From Candidatus Dormiibacterota bacterium (GTDB lineage Bacteria > Chloroflexota > Dormibacteria > Aeolococcales > Aeolococcaceae): a stretch of DNA of 14,743 nucleotides. Below the pieces are notes generated by a model. That model ran no database searches and was not told the origin of the DNA. It saw only the letters and a program-made list of their open reading frames with translations. Within the stretch, counting starts at the first letter, position 1; every line of letters starts with the position of its first letter. The DNA lies in NCBI GenBank assembly GCA_963709585.1, contig CAVPXI010000002.1, forward strand, positions 1 to 14,743. The letters are read 5' to 3'. Below are positions 9,489 through 14,743 of this stretch, piece by piece. Made by a program: the position numbers and the translations under genes.

Positions 9489-9513
9489 CCCAGCGTGCAA
9501 TTAGCACACCAGA
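9486..9513 (-). repeat. 28-bp direct repeat, copy 1
   Basis: + strand CACCCCAGCGTGCAATTAGCACACCAGA; 26/28 identical to 13188-13215. Confidence 0.9.
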
Positions 9514-9633
9514 GGTTCAGTGCTTTATAGCAGTCGCTATTACGACCGAAGTCCACCTACATTTCCCGAGCCAGCGCACGTCGGACATGCAGAATCTATG
9601 TCGAGGTCTCAGCTTTGCCAGCTTGAGCCGTCT

Positions 9634-12600
9634 CTATGAAGTTGTCGCCGTCGCCCTGTGCAGCAGTGCATCAGTCTCGCTGACGGCTGGAGCGTAGCCC
9701 ATCGCGGTAAAGAGGTCTCGAGCTTCGCCCAAGGGACTGTCAGCCTCAGGCATGCCGAGGGCGACCAGGCAGCGTCCCTGGCCGAGCAGCGCGTAGGCGA
9801 GTTCGGGCAGGTCGCCAAATCTGCGCCATTGCGTAGCCGCATCGGCGTAGGCGGTCGCCGCCGTGGCGCGATCGCCGGCAGCCTCGGCGAGCACGGCGCG
9901 ACAGGCAGCGAGGGCGTGCTGTTGCAAGGGGGTGCGCGGCTCGACGCCGGCGATGAGCCGGGCGGCTAGCGCCGATTCGCCGAGCGCGAGCGCGCAGCGG
10001 ACGAGTCCGGGCAGCGCCGCCGCGTAATACGGGTCACCGCGCGTGGCGCTGGTCTGCTCCAGCTCCTCGAGCAACGCCGTCGCCCGCTCGTGGTGGCCGC
10101 CAGCGAGCATCTGCTCGGCGGCCGCTGCGAACCCCATTGCAATCAACTCTGGCTCACCGCTCTCGCGGGCGGTCGCTACAAGCTGCTCCGCGGCGGCAGT
10201 CTGTGCTCCGTCGCCTCGCCTGCCGCCAAGGCCCATTTGCACCGAGCGAACCTCAATCAGAGTCGAAATGCCCGCCGCCTCGGCCCCCGTTGCCGCGGAT
10301 TCGGCATCGGCGAGCGAACGCTCTGCGTCGCCGCAGGCAGCCACGAAGGTCAGTCTCTGCGCCAGGCTCCACGTCGTCATCCCGGCCATGCCGCGACGCT
10401 CGCAAAATTCGATGCCTTCTTCAGAGACTTCCAGAGCGGCCGGCGGTCCCTCGTACTGCCAAGCCACCAAGGCGAGGTTGTTGAGCAGGGAGGCTGCGTC
10501 GCGGCCCTGTCCACGCTCGACGGCGAGCGCGAGTGCGCGGCGCATATCAGCCATGCCTTGCGCATCACCCTGAAACGCCCGGGCAGCGCCGCGGACACCC
10601 AGTGCGCGGGCCGGTTCAGGAAGACCTAAGGCGGCCGCCTGATGGAGTGCCTGCTCGGCTGCGGAGATCCCCTCTGCGAAGGCGGAATCAATCGCCTTGC
10701 CGCTGGCGAGTTCTGCATATGCGTTGACGAGCTCCAGTCCCGGCTCCTCAGCCTCGAGCAGTTGGACCGCCTCGGCGATGAGATCCCGCGAACGCGGATC
10801 GCCGGCCATGCGGAGCACCTTCGACAGAGCGGTCAACGTCCGTGCCGCGGCCACGGTGGCACCGGCGTCGCGATGCTGAGCAAACGCCTCCTCGAGCGCC
10901 AACCTCGCCTCCGGGAGGCGTCCCAGCAGCTGCGCCGCGTACGCCCAACGTTCCAGCAGGGCAGCCCGATCCGGGTGGTCCCCAGGGGCGAGCTCGATCG
11001 CTCGGGCGAAGCTCGCTTCGGCGCCGGCCACGTCGATAGGCAACGCCCGATCCCCGGCCAAGGCGAGATACCGGCGCGAGATTGCCTCCAGCTCCGGGAT
11101 GACCTGCTCTTGGCCGGCAGCACGGGCGAGCTCCAGTGATTGGGTGTAGTGATAGGCGAGCACGTCGCTGAGGTCGTCGACGCGTTCCCCGGCCTCGCGC
11201 TCGATCCACGCAGCTGCGGCGCGGTGCCGGGCGGCCCGGCTGGACCGCGGGATCTGGGCGTAGCAGACGTCGCGCACCAACAGGTGCCAGAAGCCGTATT
11301 CCCGCTCACCCTCCATCGAGCTGCCCCGGGCGGGCCGGACCAGCTCCTTGCGGGCCAGCTCGTGGAGGGCGAGCTCGACGTCGCGCGGGTCGCGATCGCT
11401 CATGCTCGCGAGCGCTCCGGCCCAGAAGACCTTGCCGATCACCGCGGCGTCCTGGAGCAGGCTCTTGCGATCCGCTGTGAGCGTGTCCAGGCGGGCGGCA
11501 ATGAGGGCCTGCACTGAGTTGGGAAGGAGCACCTCCTCGAGCGAGTTGCCCAGGAGATTGCGGTCGCTGAGCAGACGAACGAACTCCTCCGCATAGAGCG
11601 GGTTGCCGCCGGCGCGGTCGAGCAGGGCTTGCTGGGTCGCGGCGGGCAGGACGGTCCGCTTCAGAAGCAGGGCGATCAGCGTCGCCGTCTCGTCGTCGGA
11701 GAGCGGTGCGAGGTTGATCGTCTGCGCGTTGCGCACTCCCGCCGCCCAGGTCGGATGCTTCTCGTGGAGCTCCGGGCGCGCGGTGCAGAGCAAGAGCAGC
11801 GGCACCCCCGTGGACCAGTCAGCCAGATGCTCGAGAAAGGCGAGCATCGGCGCGTCCGCCCAATGCAGATCGTCGACCACGAGCACCGTGGGGTTCTGCG
11901 CCGCCAGCCCATCGAGAAAGCGTCGCCAGGCGGTGAACGACTCTTCCTGCGCCGCCGGCTCGCCGCCCGCGCCGACGAGCGGAGCCAGCCTTGCTTTGAG
12001 CCACGCCCGGTCCATTTCGTGCTCGGGGATGGCCTGGTCAAGCTTGGCCAACGCCTCCTCCGGAGAGTCCGAACTCGAGGATGCCGCTTTCCGCCTTGAC
12101 GATCTCCCCCAGGGCCCAGAAGGCGATCCCCTCCCCGTACGGGAGACACCGGCCCTGGCGCCAGCGCACCAGCCCTGGGCGTTGCTCGACGTACTGCAAG
12201 AGCTCGGTGCAGAGGCGGGTCTTGCCCACCCCGGGCTCGCCCACCACGGTCACCAGCTGGCAGGAACGCTGCGTCGCGGCGCGCTCGAAGGTGGCGATCA
12301 GCTGCTGGCGCTCGAACTCCCGGCCCACCAACGGCGTGGCACTGGTTCTGATGACGTCGGCCCCGAAGCGGGCTCGGGCGGCGAGCGGCTGCCAGACCGG
12401 GAGTGCGTCCGTCTTGCCTTTGACCTGGACCGACTCGAGGCGAACAAAGGTGAAGACGCGCTCGGTCTGGCGAAAGGTTGGCTCCGATACCGCCACTCCA
12501 TTGATGGGGGCGATGCCCTGCAGGCGTGAGGCCGTGTTGACCACGTCGCCGGTGACGAAGCCTTCGCCGCGCTCGGGGTGCGCGCCCAGGGCGACCACCG

Positions 12601-13027
12601 CCTCACCGGTATTGATGCCCACCCTGACCTGGAGCTGCAGCTTGTCGTCGCCGCGGTTCAGGTCCTCGATGGCTTCCAGGATGCGCAAGCCCGCGCGGAC
12701 CGCGCGCTCGGCGTCATCCTCATGCGCCACCGGCGCGCCGAACACGGCCATCACCGCGTCGCCGACGAACTTCTCCATGGTGCCACCGTGGCGCTCGATC
12801 ACCTGCTGGAGCTGCGCGTGATATGGGCGGAGCCGGGCGCGCACGTCTTCGGGGTCGGCGTGCTCGGAGGCCGCGGTGAAGCCCACGAGGTCACAGAAGA
12901 GCACGGAGACGACCTTGCGCTCCTCGCGGACCGGCGCCGGGGCAGCCTCGTCGAGTGGAGCCCCGCAAAAGGGGCAGAACGGGTAGTCGCCGGGGAGCTC
13001 CTTCCCGCAATTCGGGCATCTGGCCAC
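9634..13027 (-). CDS. Double zinc ribbon + class III adenylate/guanylate cyclase + AAA (STAND-like) ATPase + TPR-like protein (~1130 aa; one +1 frameshift at 12072-12073)
   Basis: CPNC..CPFC; ERKVVSVLFCDLVGFT, EKFVGDAVMAVFG, RVGINTG, GDVVNTASRLQ; LVGRE, Walker A GEPGVGKT, Walker B VVDDLHWAD, GGNPLYAEE; Ala/Leu-rich helical repeats. Deleting one T in GAG TTC GGA restores ILESDSPEEALAKL and fuses ORFs 12038..13120 and 9634..12051. GTG 13027 is preceded by GAAACT-N6 (possibly leaderless). Confidence 0.9.
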
Positions 13028-13187
13028 GCACCGAGTTTCGCCGAAAGAGGGCGCTCTCGTGTGGCGGTCGAATGGACGACAACGACCGGAGCCGCACGGT
13101 CTGCTCGCCGGAAGCCCCATAAGACCGGGTCGTGCCCCGGAGTGAACCGCTGTTGAGGGACATCACCCAGGGGAAATGCCCCTCGGC

Positions 13188-13215
13188 CACCCCAGCGTGC
13201 AAATAACACACCAGA
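13188..13215 (-). repeat. 28-bp direct repeat, copy 2
   Basis: + strand CACCCCAGCGTGCAAATAACACACCAGA; 3702 bp from copy 1. Confidence 0.9.
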
Positions 13216-13461
13216 ACAAACTCATGTTTTCGGGGTGGTGCACCCGGAGAGGAAGTCGACCCAGCGATCGAGCAGGACCGCCCTGTAGCCTAAAACCCTA
13301 TCGCCTCTCCGATCGGCTTAGAAACGTTCGCTGCTCGAATGGAGCGCAACTCGGTGGCGTTCGCCTGGTCGGCTGTCAGCGAACCCGTCGCCGTCAGGAG
13401 ACGGCACTGCGAATTTTGTTGCATCGCCCCTGACGGGTGCGGCTTCGAACACAGTGTCGCT

Positions 13462-14215
13462 CTAGTCGGCGGCGCCTTCGGATGCCTTGTCGAGTGCGTC
13501 GCGGATCAGGGTGTCGAGTTGTTGCCAGGCGGGCGACGAGGCGTTGACGGCGCCTTGGATCAGCTGCGGGATTGCCGAGCCGATCGCTTGTCCGGGGAGC
13601 TCACCGGTTCCATATCGCCGTGTGGTCGCGTCGAAGATGCGTCGGGCGAGGTCGGCAACGATGGGGTCCTCCGGGTCGAGGTCGTGCGCGCGGTCGTAGT
13701 CGAGGTAGAGCTGTCGGAGGGCGGGGTCGGTTATTGCCTGGGCTTGGTCTCGGAAGAGTTCGTCAGCTATGTCCGGGTGCGTGGCGAAGACGAGGATCCA
13801 AAGGTCGCTTTCCAACGCGACCCATCGCTCACTGAATCCGAGCTCGCCGAGCCGCTGGAGGTGCTGGCCGACCTCCGCAGGAAGCAAACGGGTGTGGCCG
13901 GAGGCGAGTTCCCGCAGTCGCCGTTGGGTGGCGCGCAGGCTCTCCGGATACGCGCGGTGAGATCGTGCTCGATCTCGGTGACCGCGCGCTGGAACGCCGG
14001 GTCCGGTGCCGCCTTGAGGGCTCGGATCTGCGCGAGTGGGACTCCCGCTTCGGCCAGGGTGCGGATCTTGATCAGGTCAATGGCGTGCGGGGCGTTGTAA
14101 CGATCTGGAGCGGGGCGTCCACGTCGGGCTCAGCCAGGAGGCCTTTGTCGTGATAGACCCGGATGGTCTTGATGGACACGCCCGCGTACCTGGCGAGTTG
14201 ACCGATGGTAATCAC
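13462..14215 (-). pseudogene. MerR-family transcriptional regulator (~250 aa) with two frameshifts (pseudogene or sequence errors)
   Basis: GTG 14215: ITIGQLARYAGVSIKTIRVYHDKGLLAEPDVDA. After a shift at 14103-14113: RYNAPHAIDLIKIRTLAEAGVPLAQIRAL...DLTARIR. After a shift at 13942-13943: SLRATQRRLRELASG...LLPAEV, continuing as ORF 13462..13887. Confidence 0.85.
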
Positions 14216-14231
14216 GACCCGATGGTCGCAC

Positions 14232-14269
14232 TTGACCTTGCCCCGAGGGCAAGGTCGCACCATAGGAGG
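14232..14269 (+). promoter_or_regulatory. MerR-type promoter/operator and RBS
   Basis: -35 TTGACC (14232-14237), a 20-bp spacer, -10-like CACCAT (14258-14263). Perfect dyad GACCTTGCCC-cga-GGGCAAGGTC (14234-14256) overlaps the -35 and spacer. AGGAGG (14264-14269) lies only 1 nt before ATG 14271, so leaderless initiation is also possible. Confidence 0.85.
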
Positions 14270-14270
14270 C

Positions 14271-14561
14271 ATGACGAACATCAACGCCGATCGAGCAATC
14301 CTGCGAGCACTCGCCGACGAGGGAAACGAGATGGCCCTGGACCGGTTGGCCGACCTCGCGGATCAGCGCGGGGACCTCGAGGAGCTGAACGATCTGCTGG
14401 ATGAAGGCTGCCTGCGTGCGGGGCACCTGCTGACCGCTCGCGCGGTGACCAACGGCGACCTGCGCCGAGCTGCAGCGGCTCGTAGACGCTGGATGCGGCG
14501 AGGCGGGCGACGAACTCGACCGGCTGCTGGCCGGCGGCCTTCGCCACCCGGCCAGGCGTGA
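14271..14561 (+). CDS. Small helical protein with three ~28-aa repeats (probable +1 frameshift at 14465-14466; true 3' end uncertain)
   Basis: DRAILRALADEGNEMALDRLADLADQRG / DLEELNDLLDEGCLRAGHLLTARAVTNG / and, after removing one C, DLRELQRLVDAGCGEAGDELDRLL. It lies directly downstream of the MerR operator. Confidence 0.7.
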   Translation: MTNINADRAILRALADEGNEMALDRLADLADQRGDLEELNDLLDEGCLRAGHLLTARAVTNGDLRRAAAARRRWMRRGGRRTRPAAGRRPSPPGQA

Positions 14562-14743
14562 GCGTGGCCGGGCCGACGAATGTCGGCGATCGGGGGGCAC
14601 CGGGCTGCCCAGGGATCCCGGGGCGAAGGTCGTGCCCGACGGCATCGACCTGACCAGCCCGACTAAGTTTCGGCCGATTGGATCGACAAGAGGAACCTGG
14701 CCCGAGCTGGAATCTCGGGGACAAGATGGCAGAGCACCCTAGC

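Noticed and set aside
12038-12080. Programmed ribosomal frameshift splitting the cyclase gene
   Set aside because: No slippery heptamer or homopolymer run; a single extra base in the middle of the AAA domain explains it.
9486-13215. 28-bp repeat as a Xer dif/pdif site
   Set aside because: The length fits but there is no XerC/XerD-like arm (e.g. TTATGTTAAAT) and no 11-6-11 dyad.
13217-13230. LexA (Cheo) box next to repeat copy 2
   Set aside because: AAAC-TCAT-GTTT deviates from GAAC-N4-GTTC in both halves, and copy 1 has no equivalent. Too weak to call.
14562-14743. ncRNA or gene in the last 180 bp (hairpins such as CCGAC/GTCGG and GGGCAC/GTGCCC)
   Set aside because: Short GC-rich stems are expected by chance, no family is recognisable, and the context is truncated by the window end.

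Overview
A very GC-rich bacterial window; the gene repertoire and leaderless-type promoters resemble Actinomycetota/Dormibacterota/Chloroflexota (inference only). The + strand (1-4697) carries a translationally coupled histidine-utilisation cluster (hutH 3' end, hutU, hutI), followed directly by a SufS-like PLP enzyme; no hutG/hutF is visible. The - strand (4702-9014) carries a HIT hydrolase, a CPBP/Abi membrane protease with QE in place of the catalytic EE, an exported Asp-box protein with a C-terminal anchor, and a YyaL/SPATA20-like thioredoxin-domain protein. The region 9080-14743 looks accessory. It holds a 36-bp tandem hairpin repeat, a truncated DUF222-type HNH remnant, and a ~1130-aa zinc-ribbon/class III cyclase/AAA/TPR-like gene. 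That gene is bracketed by a 28-bp direct repeat (26/28 identical) that forms a full hairpin only on the minus strand. The region ends with a MerR regulator, its perfect dyad operator, and a divergent small 28-aa-repeat protein. Five frameshifts and three same-context TCG>TTG changes suggest motif-linked sequencing errors or decay.
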